The notes under the pieces were generated by a model. It was not told where the DNA came from and searched no databases. It was given only the letters and a program-made list of their open reading frames with translations. Of a DNA stretch of 34,070 nt, positions 26,518 to 34,070 are shown one piece after another. Within the stretch, counting starts at the first letter, position 1, and the number at the start of each line of letters is the position of its first letter. Location of the stretch: positions 1 through 34,070 of the IMG/VR virus record IMGVR_UViG_3300037506_000046. The stretch is one strand, 5' to 3'. Position numbers and translations under genes: made by a program. Origin of the DNA: a virus. Its lineage: Duplodnaviria; Caudoviricetes.

Positions 26518-26898
26518 CTATAGTTCTACAGCCATAAGTTCACTACCCAATCTATGTAAGGCAGTTTCAATTTTTTTTGTTTGTGTTGGCCGTGGCTTTT
26601 TTAAGCCAGTGGCATAGTGTTGTATCTGCTTCTGGTTTATACCGGTCATTCTTTCCAAAGCTGCATTGGTAAATATCTTGTTGTAGTAATTCAGCAGGCT
26701 TTGCGTATCAAACTTAAATACTACATGATAATCTTTGTCAGGAATATTACCCAATTCCTTTTGAATCTCTATGCCTTGTAAAGCTGATTGTTTAGCTTCC
26801 TGCACTGTATTACCAACGCCACTAACTCCTTCAAGTTTTTCAGCGTATGCCCAAAAAGCATCTTTACTTCTTTCGATTATAATTTTTACCTGTTTCAT
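26518..26898 (-). CDS. hicB: HicB family antitoxin with C-terminal HTH (126 aa)
   Basis: IIERSKDAFWAY...GVGNTVQEAK HicB domain; LERMTGINQKQIQHYATGLKKP HTH; directly downstream of hicA. Confidence 0.88.
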   Translation of the reverse strand: MKQVKIIIERSKDAFWAYAEKLEGVSGVGNTVQEAKQSALQGIEIQKELGNIPDKDYHVVFKFDTQSLLNYYNKIFTNAALERMTGINQKQIQHYATGLKKPRPTQTKKIETALHRLGSELMAVEL

Positions 26899-26922
26899 TT
26901 TCTTTAGTTTTAAAGATGGGGT

Positions 26923-27102
26923 TTATTTCAACCCCATCTCTTTTTTGATTTTCATTTCAATTCCTTTGCCGACTTCTTTCGTTCCGTGATAAGGAACCGG
27001 GTAAGTCCGGCCATCCTTTTCGTAAATGTAGTGGCTGCCGCTTGTTCTGATGTGCTTCCACCCATTTCGCAGGATTAACCTGTGTAATTCGCTTGACTTC
27101 AT
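26923..27102 (-). CDS. hicA: HicA family toxin (59 aa)
   Basis: MKSSEL..L...GW...R..GSH......VPYHG.KEVGKG; start at ATG 27102. Confidence 0.92.
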   Translation of the reverse strand: MKSSELHRLILRNGWKHIRTSGSHYIYEKDGRTYPVPYHGTKEVGKGIEMKIKKEMGLK

Positions 27103-27128
27103 AAAGAACTTGTTTTTGATTGACTTAG

Positions 27129-27159
27129 TAAAGGTAGTAATATTTCTACCATTTCCAAA
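27129..27159 (-). promoter_or_regulatory. hicAB promoter with overlapping palindromic operator
   Basis: TTTG-N19-TACCTTTA; near-palindrome GGTAG-A-AATATT-A-CTACC at 27133-27150 overlaps the -7 box. Confidence 0.7.
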
Positions 27160-27175
27160 TTTTCTGACAAGTTTT

Positions 27176-27376
27176 TTAGAATATTTTTTCACACTTACCC
27201 TCACCAAAACCTACCCATTTACCTGAAGCATCCAGCCCCCTGTTCCTCAGCTCTTGCCATGCCAGTTCTTTAGGGTCTATTTCCCCTGAAACTATTTGAC
27301 TAAGTAGTTGCGTGGCTGTCATTTGGAATAGAAACTGTGGATTTAAAGCATCTGGAAGGCTTGTATTGCCCGGCAT
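27176..27376 (-). CDS. Hypothetical protein (66 aa)
   Basis: ATG with A-rich leader; ELAWQELRNRGLD..GKWVGF. Confidence 0.65.
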   Translation of the reverse strand: MPGNTSLPDALNPQFLFQMTATQLLSQIVSGEIDPKELAWQELRNRGLDASGKWVGFGEGKCEKIF

Positions 27377-27468
27377 GATTTATTGATTTTGTTAAGGCTA
27401 AGAAACGGTTCTATCCGGGTGTTTCCTCATTCGTATGCGGATTTTTTGGACTTGTGGGCAAGTTGCTA

Positions 27469-28089
27469 CTAAGGCAATTGGTCAATGATTAAGGTTTGTT
27501 CCCGCCCTTCGCATTTTGGACACCATACGTCCCAATCTTCGCCTTCCGTATCTATATTCATTTTATGTAATCCAAAAGCATCATTGCAGGCAGTGTAGCC
27601 ACAGGAATCACATTGCAGGATATGATTTTCATCACGTCCGGGGAATCGATAGTCCCAAATACTTAGACTGCCCTTGGCAGGTATTGGGTGATTAAATTTT
27701 ACAGGAAAAGATAAAATCCACCCATATCTTCCCGGAGAGTAATCGCCAAAATCAAGCTCCTGATTTGAAAGAACTTTACCAGTTTCCATTTGAAATTGCT
27801 CATTAAAAGGAATTGTTCTATCCATATTCACTTTTCCAATAATAGCACCAAGTGGAAGGTTTGTTTTTGGCTTACCTTTTACTGGAGCTAAAGCATGGTA
27901 ACCAGCTTGCCTCAAAATAGCATCAGCTCCAATCTTTCCAACAATATCATTCAATTCCCAATCCCATCGTTTACTTGCGTGAATAAGAAGAGGGCCTCTG
28001 TACTTTGTATTCCAGCTTCTTGTTTCAATTTTCTTTGCCCCGATTACCACAAGACTGGCCCAGGGTTGAAGTAGTGATATTACTTTCAT
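27469..28089 (-). CDS. ASCH domain protein with C-terminal zinc-ribbon-like extension (206 aa)
   Basis: SLLQPWASL...GAKKIETRSW...YRGPLLIHAS and PAKGSLSIW motifs; CDSC...CPKC tail. Confidence 0.85.
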   Translation of the reverse strand: MKVISLLQPWASLVVIGAKKIETRSWNTKYRGPLLIHASKRWDWELNDIVGKIGADAILRQAGYHALAPVKGKPKTNLPLGAIIGKVNMDRTIPFNEQFQMETGKVLSNQELDFGDYSPGRYGWILSFPVKFNHPIPAKGSLSIWDYRFPGRDENHILQCDSCGYTACNDAFGLHKMNIDTEGEDWDVWCPKCEGREQTLIIDQLP

Positions 28090-28517
28090 TTTTCATTTTT
28101 TAAATATTCATCAATAATTGATCTTGCATGGTCAAAACCGCAAGCGAATACCGACTTATACCCAATCTGATTCAGGTGTGTTATGATTGACCGTTGTTCG
28201 TCCAAGTGGTCGCTTTTTTTCAGGCTCCCATTCTTATTCACAATCTCACTGACATCTCTTTTTAATTCAAGGAAAAGGCCGTGATAACCTCCAGATGGAT
28301 GGGCAATGAACAGATCTGGCCATGCCCTGCTATGTTGTATTTTCTTTTGCTTAACAGCCTGGCCTATAGTCATTCTAAGTCCGGCAGCAAAGTCAGTTCT
28401 GAACAATACCTTAGGATATTGGAGTTTCAGGTACTTTGCAACCTGTAAATGAATAGCCTCTTCTTTTGGTTTCAATACCGATTTAGAACGGGAGGTCTTC
28501 AGTTGTTTTTTCATCAT
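28086..28517 (-). CDS. VRR-NUC family nuclease
   Basis: EEAIH, WPDLFI...YHGLFLELK PD-(D/E)xK motif, GYKSVFACGFD; start probably 28517 or 28514. Confidence 0.82.
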   Translation of the reverse strand: MMKKQLKTSRSKSVLKPKEEAIHLQVAKYLKLQYPKVLFRTDFAAGLRMTIGQAVKQKKIQHSRAWPDLFIAHPSGGYHGLFLELKRDVSEIVNKNGSLKKSDHLDEQRSIITHLNQIGYKSVFACGFDHARSIIDEYLKNEK

Positions 28518-30381
28518 TATGTTTTTCTGATTCATAAAAAATTGATTGTTGCAACTCCGATACCGGTTTGAAATTGCCCGGTAAATCACTTACCTGATTA
28601 TCTTGCCTCAATGAATTCTCAAGGAAAGAAAACTGCCGGGTATTGACGTTGAATGAATAGGAGGCATACCCTACATGACCGAGCCAGTACCACTTCACTT
28701 TCTGCACATAAATATCAGTGATGCCAGTTTCAAAATTCCTGTACACACAAAGTCCGTTATGTGTCTTATTGTAAAAGTGTGCAGAACCATTGATTGAATA
28801 CAGTGTCGGCACTTCATACTTACCAGTCTTCTTGTCCTTTTGCATCTTGTACGGGTGCGCTACCAAAAAGCAGTGTACACCGTACTTCCAAAGAAAATTG
28901 CAAAGCATAGTCAGCATCTCGCTGATATATTCAGTCTCACTTTGTCCGAATGTTTTCTTATGCTCCAGATAGTTCCACGGATTAATGATAATGCCTTTAA
29001 TTCCGTTTCGCTTCACCAACTCTTTAGCCTTTTTCAAAATTCCCTCCATCGTTACATCTACCTGCGAAATGTTGACAAAATGAAAGTGCTGTTCCACTAA
29101 TACAACTCCATGCTCAAACTCCCGTCTGCTAATTCTGTCATCAGGATTTTTTCTGTGAGCAAAAGCCTTCTTTTTAAATTTCTCAATCAATTTTGTTGCG
29201 TGTATAGAAGCCGGCTCCTCAAAGTTGAACACGCCCCATTTCCAGTTCTCATTAACGGCCAGGTCAACCATCAGCTCGTTAGTCACCTCATCCTTACCGT
29301 GGCCAGGAATGCCGGTTACCATTGTCAGGTGTCCGGGATAGAAAGTTAAGAGTTGGTCAAATCCACTGAATCCTGATTTTGCTCCGGGGGGATAGCCGTT
29401 GTCATAGAAAGAAAGGATCTCTTCAAACATATCATCCATCGGGATAATACCTTCAATTGGCCAGTCTTTGGCGGTACTCACTAACTCACGGACCGCATCT
29501 TTACCAATCTTACAAAGAACCTCATTGCTATCCTTGCATCCTTCCGGGTAGGTAACCACCTTGCACTTTTCTTTGCCAATCCTGCGGCCTAATTCCTCTT
29601 TCAATAACCTTCCCACCTCATCATCATCCACACAGATAATCACCCGTTCCAGCTTCTCAAACGCCTCCCATGAATTGTCCAGGTACTGCAACTGCAGGTT
29701 GCCTTTTGCAGTGCCATTAGGAACACCCACAGAATTGTAAATTCCGCATTCCACCATAGTCAGTACATCCATCTCACCTTCCACAATCACCGCTTCTTTT
29801 TCACCTTTAATGGCATCAAGGTTGTAAAAAATCAACTCTGCATCCTTTTCCAGCTTGAATGATTTCTTTTTGCCACGGTACTTGATATTGACCAGCTCGT
29901 CATCCCGAAAGTAATTAAAGCAAATGGCCGGTGATTCCTGTTTGAGTTGTGGAAAGAACTCCCGGCTTTCAGTGATCTTCATTCGCAGGAGTGTATCATT
30001 ACTGATTTTCCTGTCATTCTCAAACCAATCTATCACTTCTTTACTCACTTTTTCCAGCCGTGGTAACGGTTTTACATACTCTTTTTTGCCTTCTTGTTCA
30101 ATCTGCACATTGTACTTTTTCGCCAGATATTCAATAGCCCCTACATAGCTCAGCTGCTCATGGTCAATGATGAATTGAATGGCATCTCCCGACTTTCCAC
30201 AACCAAAGCATTTGTAAATCTGCTTTGCCGGTGAGATGGTGAATGAAGGTGTTTTTTCGTTATGAAAAGGACACAGGCCAACCAGGTTAGTACCCTGCTT
30301 TTTTAACTTCACAAAATCCTTCACCACATCAGACACATCCATCCGCTGTTTTATTTCATCTATCGTATTCTGGCTGATCAT
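28483..30381 (-). CDS. Primase-helicase fusion: CHC2 zinc finger + Toprim + SF4 (T7 gp4/Twinkle-like) helicase (632 aa)
   Basis: CPFHNEKTPSF...CFGCG, IVEGEMD, VDDDEVG, KDSNE, TGIPGHGK, LVAHP and INGSAHF motifs. Confidence 0.92.
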   Translation of the reverse strand: MISQNTIDEIKQRMDVSDVVKDFVKLKKQGTNLVGLCPFHNEKTPSFTISPAKQIYKCFGCGKSGDAIQFIIDHEQLSYVGAIEYLAKKYNVQIEQEGKKEYVKPLPRLEKVSKEVIDWFENDRKISNDTLLRMKITESREFFPQLKQESPAICFNYFRDDELVNIKYRGKKKSFKLEKDAELIFYNLDAIKGEKEAVIVEGEMDVLTMVECGIYNSVGVPNGTAKGNLQLQYLDNSWEAFEKLERVIICVDDDEVGRLLKEELGRRIGKEKCKVVTYPEGCKDSNEVLCKIGKDAVRELVSTAKDWPIEGIIPMDDMFEEILSFYDNGYPPGAKSGFSGFDQLLTFYPGHLTMVTGIPGHGKDEVTNELMVDLAVNENWKWGVFNFEEPASIHATKLIEKFKKKAFAHRKNPDDRISRREFEHGVVLVEQHFHFVNISQVDVTMEGILKKAKELVKRNGIKGIIINPWNYLEHKKTFGQSETEYISEMLTMLCNFLWKYGVHCFLVAHPYKMQKDKKTGKYEVPTLYSINGSAHFYNKTHNGLCVYRNFETGITDIYVQKVKWYWLGHVGYASYSFNVNTRQFSFLENSLRQDNQVSDLPGNFKPVSELQQSIFYESEKHNDEKTTEDLPF

Positions 30382-31196
30382 AACACTATTTCCCTTTTCT
30401 GTTGAACATTTTTAAATCCATTCTTAGCATCATAATTACCCTCAATTACCTTCAGATAATTGCTGTCATTGGCAATTATCCAGTCAAACCCAAACCATTT
30501 TCCTGTTAATAGAAAATCTGATGTTCCTGCTTTCCGTAATACCTCAATGAAATTGAAACCATTTTCCCTCACCCTTACACTGAATTTTCTTTTACGGCTG
30601 TCTGAGATTTTAGTCACCGGAGATAGTGATTTTTCTTTTGCGAACAAGTTCCAAAAATCAATGTATGGCTCAATAAACGTAGGATTATTGACTTTTATGA
30701 ATTGAAAGATTGAACTTTTGTTTTTATCAATTTTATCATAAATGCCTTTAAGTTTTAAATCCGATTCACTGTCAGCGGCGAAAGCCGTTTGTATTTTTTT
30801 CTGGTTTCTGGTTTCTGGTTTCTGTTTCAGGCCGTCATCTGACTGTCGTATGTCAGTCGTATGACCGTCATTTTTTGAATTAGATGGGTATTTTTCAATC
30901 ATTTGTCTCAAACGCTGCTTAAAATTGCATATCTCCAAATAAGATTTCTCGTTGATTTCGTAGAGAATAATAAGACCGGCTGCCTCACACTCGGTGAGCC
31001 ATCGGGAAATATCAGCCTCTCTAATTTCATGTGATTTTAATGGGAATAATGCAGCCCTCACAACTTTTGCACCTGCTGAAAATCTACCATAGTCATCTAC
31101 TTTCATTATTAGCCTGGTAAAAAACCTTTCCGCATGAACACTTAATAAATCCACTTTTTCTGAATCAGTCCAATCTCTTAAAATCCGGTTTGGCAT
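30378..31196 (-). CDS. Phage replication initiator/replisome organiser (272 aa)
   Basis: MPNRILR...LIMKVDDYGRF winged-helix-like N-terminus; low-complexity linker; SDFLLTG.WFGFDWI....NYLKVIEGNYD C-terminus; directly upstream of the helicase. Confidence 0.75.
   Translation of the reverse strand: MPNRILRDWTDSEKVDLLSVHAERFFTRLIMKVDDYGRFSAGAKVVRAALFPLKSHEIREADISRWLTECEAAGLIILYEINEKSYLEICNFKQRLRQMIEKYPSNSKNDGHTTDIRQSDDGLKQKPETRNQKKIQTAFAADSESDLKLKGIYDKIDKNKSSIFQFIKVNNPTFIEPYIDFWNLFAKEKSLSPVTKISDSRKRKFSVRVRENGFNFIEVLRKAGTSDFLLTGKWFGFDWIIANDSNYLKVIEGNYDAKNGFKNVQQKREIVL
30798..30872. repeat. Iteron-like repeats inside the initiator gene (candidate origin)
   Basis: Four tandem 11-bp units (AGGCCGTCATC, TGACTGTCGTA, TGTCAGTCGTA, TGACCGTCATT) next to TTTCTGG x3 plus TTTCTG. 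Confidence 0.6.
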
Positions 31197-31208
31197 AGTC
31201 TGCTTTTT

Positions 31209-31409
31209 CTATCTTCCTAAAAAATCTAATTGTGCCTGGATTACAGGCTTTGGGTTCACAAATTCATCTAGCTCTTTTTCAATTGCTTTTGATTTTATAA
31301 GCAACTGGTGATCTTTATTGCTCTTGAAATATGCCCTTTGAGCAACAAGTAACTTCCGTGTCAGATTAACCAGATAATCATACCGGCGCTGTAATTCAAT
31401 TTTGTCCAT
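31209..31409 (-). CDS. Hypothetical protein (66 aa)
   Basis: AQRAYFKS...SKAIEKELD; overlaps the helicase stop. Confidence 0.65.
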   Translation of the reverse strand: MDKIELQRRYDYLVNLTRKLLVAQRAYFKSNKDHQLLIKSKAIEKELDEFVNPKPVIQAQLDFLGR

Positions 31410-33117
31410 AAATATTAAATAGTTGAAGTGTTTTGTCTATCATTTCCATGCTGTCCATATCATCAGTTGCACCTGTAATTGTGTTACCGATTGTCATCTT
31501 GGTACTGATAATCTCCCACATCCGTTCATCAATCGTGTCCTGACCTAAGAAGTAGGTACACATCACATTGTTTTTTTGACCGATACGGTGCGCCCTGTCC
31601 TCACATTGAACGCAATCGGCATAAGTCCAGGGATATTCAATAAAAGCTACCCTTGACGATGCAGTCAGGGTAATACCCACACCAGCAGCTTTGTGATTGC
31701 AGATAATCAACTTGCAATCCGGGTCGCTTTGAAACGCATCAATATTGGCCTGTCTTTGTTTTGAATTATCACGGCCGGTAACTGTAACGGCATCCGGCCA
31801 TAGGTTCAGGCACTCATCTACTATCTCATGCAGGTGACAGAATAGAATCAGCTTATTGCCACTTTCCAAAACTTCATTCACAAACTCTTTTACCTCATTC
31901 ATCTTACCCCGACCGGCAATCTGTTTCAGCTTCATCATCTGCACCATTATCTCACCTCTCATCTTCCGGGCTATCTCTTTATCATCACAGCCGATATCCC
32001 GCAGGAACTGTTCAAAATCTGCTTTGCATTTATTATACTCAGTTCTGGTAGTAATATCACAAAGGATTGTCTGCCGCTGTTTATCTGGCAGGTCTTGGGC
32101 AACATCTTTCTTTTCCCTCCTGAAAAAGCAATGGAGGTTTAATTTGTAATTGAGTTCTTTCAGATTATTTGTGCCGGTCCCGCCATCACAGTAGCGGTTA
32201 AGGAATCCGTCCTTATTGCCAAAATCTGACAACTTACCAAGGATGGCTAATTGAGGGAACAGATCAATCGGTTTATTTACAACCGGTGTACCCGATAGTA
32301 GTACCCGATACTGCAGGCCGTTGAAAATTCTTAAAATGAATTTGCTTTGATTAGTATTAGGATCCTTGCAACGATGGCTTTCGTCCAATATGCCAGCCCG
32401 GAATTTAGCCATGAACTGCTTTAACACCACATCCATTGCCCTCCACGGTTTGCGCCTTCCATTCTTTAATTTTTCATTAGGATAGGATTCAACGCAAAAA
32501 GTATTCAGTGATTCATAGTTCACAATTACCACATCAATAATCCCATGTGATACATAGCTAAACCAGTTCTTTCTTTGTTGTGCTGACATTGAACTATCCA
32601 GTATCATTGCCCGTTTGTGGCTGAATTTTTCCCACTCTCTTTTCCATGTACCCTTCATGGATGAGGGGCAAACAACAAGGCAGGGGAATGGGTTGCGGCC
32701 TGTCGCTTCCAGGCCTAACATAGTGCCGATAGATTGCATTGTTTTACCAAGGCCCTGTTCGTCCCCATTCAGGCACTTCTCAAATTTCATGGCCTGTGCA
32801 ATACCAGTTAATTGATAAGGACGGGGTATAACACCGTCTTTCCAAAGCAGGTCAATTTCCAGTTCTTCCATTGGCGGTATTTCGCCAATCATCTCAGGGC
32901 GGGCATCTGCAGGTTGAATAATTACAGCTTTATGAGATTCTTGCAATGATTCGACCTGAACCCTTGCAGAACCAGGCACCCACCAATATTTATTTTCTCC
33001 GTTAATCCACCGGCGGCCGGGTAATTCTTTTACGGCTTCAAGATTTCGTTTAAAGAAATTCCCAAAGTCAATGTAAATATGGAACTCGTGGCCTTTGTCT
33101 AATATTCTCAAACTCAT
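31396..33117 (-). CDS. SNF2-family helicase with N-terminal HARP-like domain (573 aa)
   Basis: DEQGLGKT, DESH, LSGTP, AAGVGITL and QCEDRAHRIGQ motifs; N-terminal VKELPGRRW....KYW. Confidence 0.92.
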   Translation of the reverse strand: MSLRILDKGHEFHIYIDFGNFFKRNLEAVKELPGRRWINGENKYWWVPGSARVQVESLQESHKAVIIQPADARPEMIGEIPPMEELEIDLLWKDGVIPRPYQLTGIAQAMKFEKCLNGDEQGLGKTMQSIGTMLGLEATGRNPFPCLVVCPSSMKGTWKREWEKFSHKRAMILDSSMSAQQRKNWFSYVSHGIIDVVIVNYESLNTFCVESYPNEKLKNGRRKPWRAMDVVLKQFMAKFRAGILDESHRCKDPNTNQSKFILRIFNGLQYRVLLSGTPVVNKPIDLFPQLAILGKLSDFGNKDGFLNRYCDGGTGTNNLKELNYKLNLHCFFRREKKDVAQDLPDKQRQTILCDITTRTEYNKCKADFEQFLRDIGCDDKEIARKMRGEIMVQMMKLKQIAGRGKMNEVKEFVNEVLESGNKLILFCHLHEIVDECLNLWPDAVTVTGRDNSKQRQANIDAFQSDPDCKLIICNHKAAGVGITLTASSRVAFIEYPWTYADCVQCEDRAHRIGQKNNVMCTYFLGQDTIDERMWEIISTKMTIGNTITGATDDMDSMEMIDKTLQLFNIYGQN

Positions 33118-33341
33118 TTTCCTTTACTTAGTATTGGTTCAACAATTCTCTCAGCGATCACTTCACAGTCAATAGGGTAAACAAACTGGCAGGGATTAAC
33201 CATAAATACTGCCGTTGCAGTTTTACCGCTTTCATTGATCTTGGCTTCCAATGTCGCTTCATATTCCCGGCCAAGCTTTCCCTGATACCAGATGCCAACT
33301 TTATTAGTGGCATTTATCCGTATGGTATAATATTTTTTCAT
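33114..33341 (-). CDS. Hypothetical protein (75 aa)
   Basis: ATGA overlaps at both ends. Confidence 0.65.
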   Translation of the reverse strand: MKKYYTIRINATNKVGIWYQGKLGREYEATLEAKINESGKTATAVFMVNPCQFVYPIDCEVIAERIVEPILSKGK

Positions 33342-33637
33342 CCTACTTTTTCAAATTCAGTTACATCAAATAATGTGGGTACATTTCTTTTGTGTTCAGC
33401 TTCTTTGCAATAACCAACCCCGCAGTGGAAGTAATCGCTGTTTAATTCTGTCAGGTGAGCTTTGCGGCCAAGTTTGATGGCTTCATATCCAACCGAACCA
33501 ATACCACCGAACGGGTCGGCTATTTCATCCCCTTCATTACTCCATAGGTTAATGGCTCGTTCAACTATATCTAATTGGAATGGGCAAACATGATCTTCCT
33601 GCTTACGTTGAGATTGCCTGGCATTGAGCGTTCTCAT
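33338..33637 (-). CDS. C-terminal fragment of a DNA methyltransferase (SAM-binding half only; possibly a remnant)
   Basis: HVCPFQLDIVERAI, DPFGGIGS and ELNSDYF motifs; no (D/S)PP(Y/F) motif; in-frame TAA immediately upstream. Confidence 0.75.
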   Translation of the reverse strand: MRTLNARQSQRKQEDHVCPFQLDIVERAINLWSNEGDEIADPFGGIGSVGYEAIKLGRKAHLTELNSDYFHCGVGYCKEAEHKRNVPTLFDVTEFEKVG

Positions 33638-33669
33638 TTATTTCATGTCTTAAGTTTTATTTGGATTGA

Positions 33670-34068
33670 TTAATTGATTTGCTCAATGGTGAAGGCTGAT
33701 GTTTTTACGTACACCTTCTTTTCAGTCAGGTGTTTGATCAGAGGACAGTCGCCTTCAGTCAATTCAAACTTTGTTTTTGCTGAGTGATAGTCGGCAATGT
33801 GTGCAGAAGATGTGGCTCCTACAGCTGCGGTGTTCTGTGAACTGTCCCACGATTCAATGGTGTTCTGTGAACTGCCCCACGATTCAATGGTGTTCTGTGA
33901 ACTGTCCCACGATTTAATGGTGTTCTGTGAACTGTCCCACGATTTAATGGTGTTCTGTGAACTGTCCCACGATTCAATGGTGTTCTGTGAACTGCCCAAC
34001 GATTCAATGGTGTTCTGTGAACTGTCCCACGATTCAATGGTGTTCTGTGAACTGCCCCACGATTCAAT
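33670..34068 (-). CDS. Repeat protein (SWDSSQNTIE)n, 5'-partial, probable beta-solenoid
   Basis: Frame stays open to the window edge; repeats run into a unique C-terminus and a stop at 33670. Confidence 0.75.
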   Translation of the reverse strand: MESWGSSQNTIESWDSSQNTIESLGSSQNTIESWDSSQNTIKSWDSSQNTIKSWDSSQNTIESWGSSQNTIESWDSSQNTAAVGATSSAHIADYHSAKTKFELTEGDCPLIKHLTEKKVYVKTSAFTIEQIN

Positions 34069-34070
34069 GG
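33829..34070. repeat. Tandem repeat with 30-bp unit, at least 8 copies, truncated by the window edge
   Basis: Unit TGTTCTGTGAACTG[T/C]CC[C/A]ACGATT[C/T]AATGG; only three variable positions; no spacers. Confidence 0.97.

Larger units (their letters stand above)
95..34070 (-). mobile_element. Prophage (sipho-type, probable Bacteroidota host); left boundary near 95-109, continues beyond the right edge
   Basis: Co-oriented replication, packaging, head, tail and lysis genes; no sheath gene; tRNA 3'-end remnant at the left end. Confidence 0.93.

Noticed and set aside
26923-27207. 94-aa version of HicA from the ORF track
   Set aside because: The extension runs through the promoter/operator and overlaps the upstream gene; ATG 27102 gives a typical 59-aa HicA.
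24807-28517. Restriction-modification system (methyltransferase plus nuclease)
   Set aside because: ParB-methyltransferases beside terminase genes and VRR-NUC nucleases beside replication genes are routine phage genes, and here they lie in separate transcription units.
33819-34067. Alternative-frame ORF (LNRGTVHRTP)n
   Set aside because: Open only because the repeat unit lacks a stop in this frame; it ends right after the array, while the other frame continues into a unique C-terminus.
33829-34070. CRISPR array
   Set aside because: Units are head-to-tail with no unique spacers, the length is a multiple of 3 with an open frame, and no cas genes are present.
33829-34070. Diversity-generating retroelement (two of the three variants are A/G)
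   Set aside because: No reverse transcriptase or separate template/variable repeat pair is in the window; tandem duplication explains the pattern.
217-34070. Stop-codon reassignment or intron/intein-split genes
   Set aside because: Standard-code ORFs tile the strand densely at expected sizes, and no intein or homing endonuclease motifs are seen in terL or the helicases.

Overview
The window is almost entirely the left-hand ~34 kb of a temperate, non-contractile-tailed (sipho-type) prophage. The host is probably Bacteroidota, judged from TAnnTTTG promoter boxes, AT-rich start regions without Shine-Dalgarno sites, and the protein families. All credible genes are on the minus strand. In transcription order (right to left) they are: (1) a partial gene built from near-perfect 30-bp (10-aa) repeats, a DNA methyltransferase C-terminal fragment, an SNF2/HARP-like helicase, a replication initiator with internal iteron-like repeats, a CHC2-Toprim-SF4 primase-helicase, a VRR-NUC nuclease and an ASCH protein; (2) a small accessory block with hicAB and a 36-aa membrane peptide; (3) a ParB-methyltransferase, TerS and TerL; (4) a morphogenesis region in non-lambda order: -1 frameshifted chaperone pair, tail completion and tail tip genes, tape measure, Clp protease, capsid, tail tube, portal, adaptor and fibre-like gene; (5) membrane and lysis genes (spanin-like protein, amidase, holin) and two more virion-like genes. 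The element appears to end at 95-109, which reads as the 3' end of an initiator tRNA-Met (candidate att core) followed by a terminator. The most notable observations are the att/tRNA remnant, the U9 frameshift, a reciprocal Walker A/Walker B substitution in the helicase, an internal motif duplication in the methyltransferase, and two 10-aa-period beta-solenoid genes. No CRISPR array, reverse transcriptase, integrase or tail sheath is visible. All calls come from reading motifs by eye; no searches were run.
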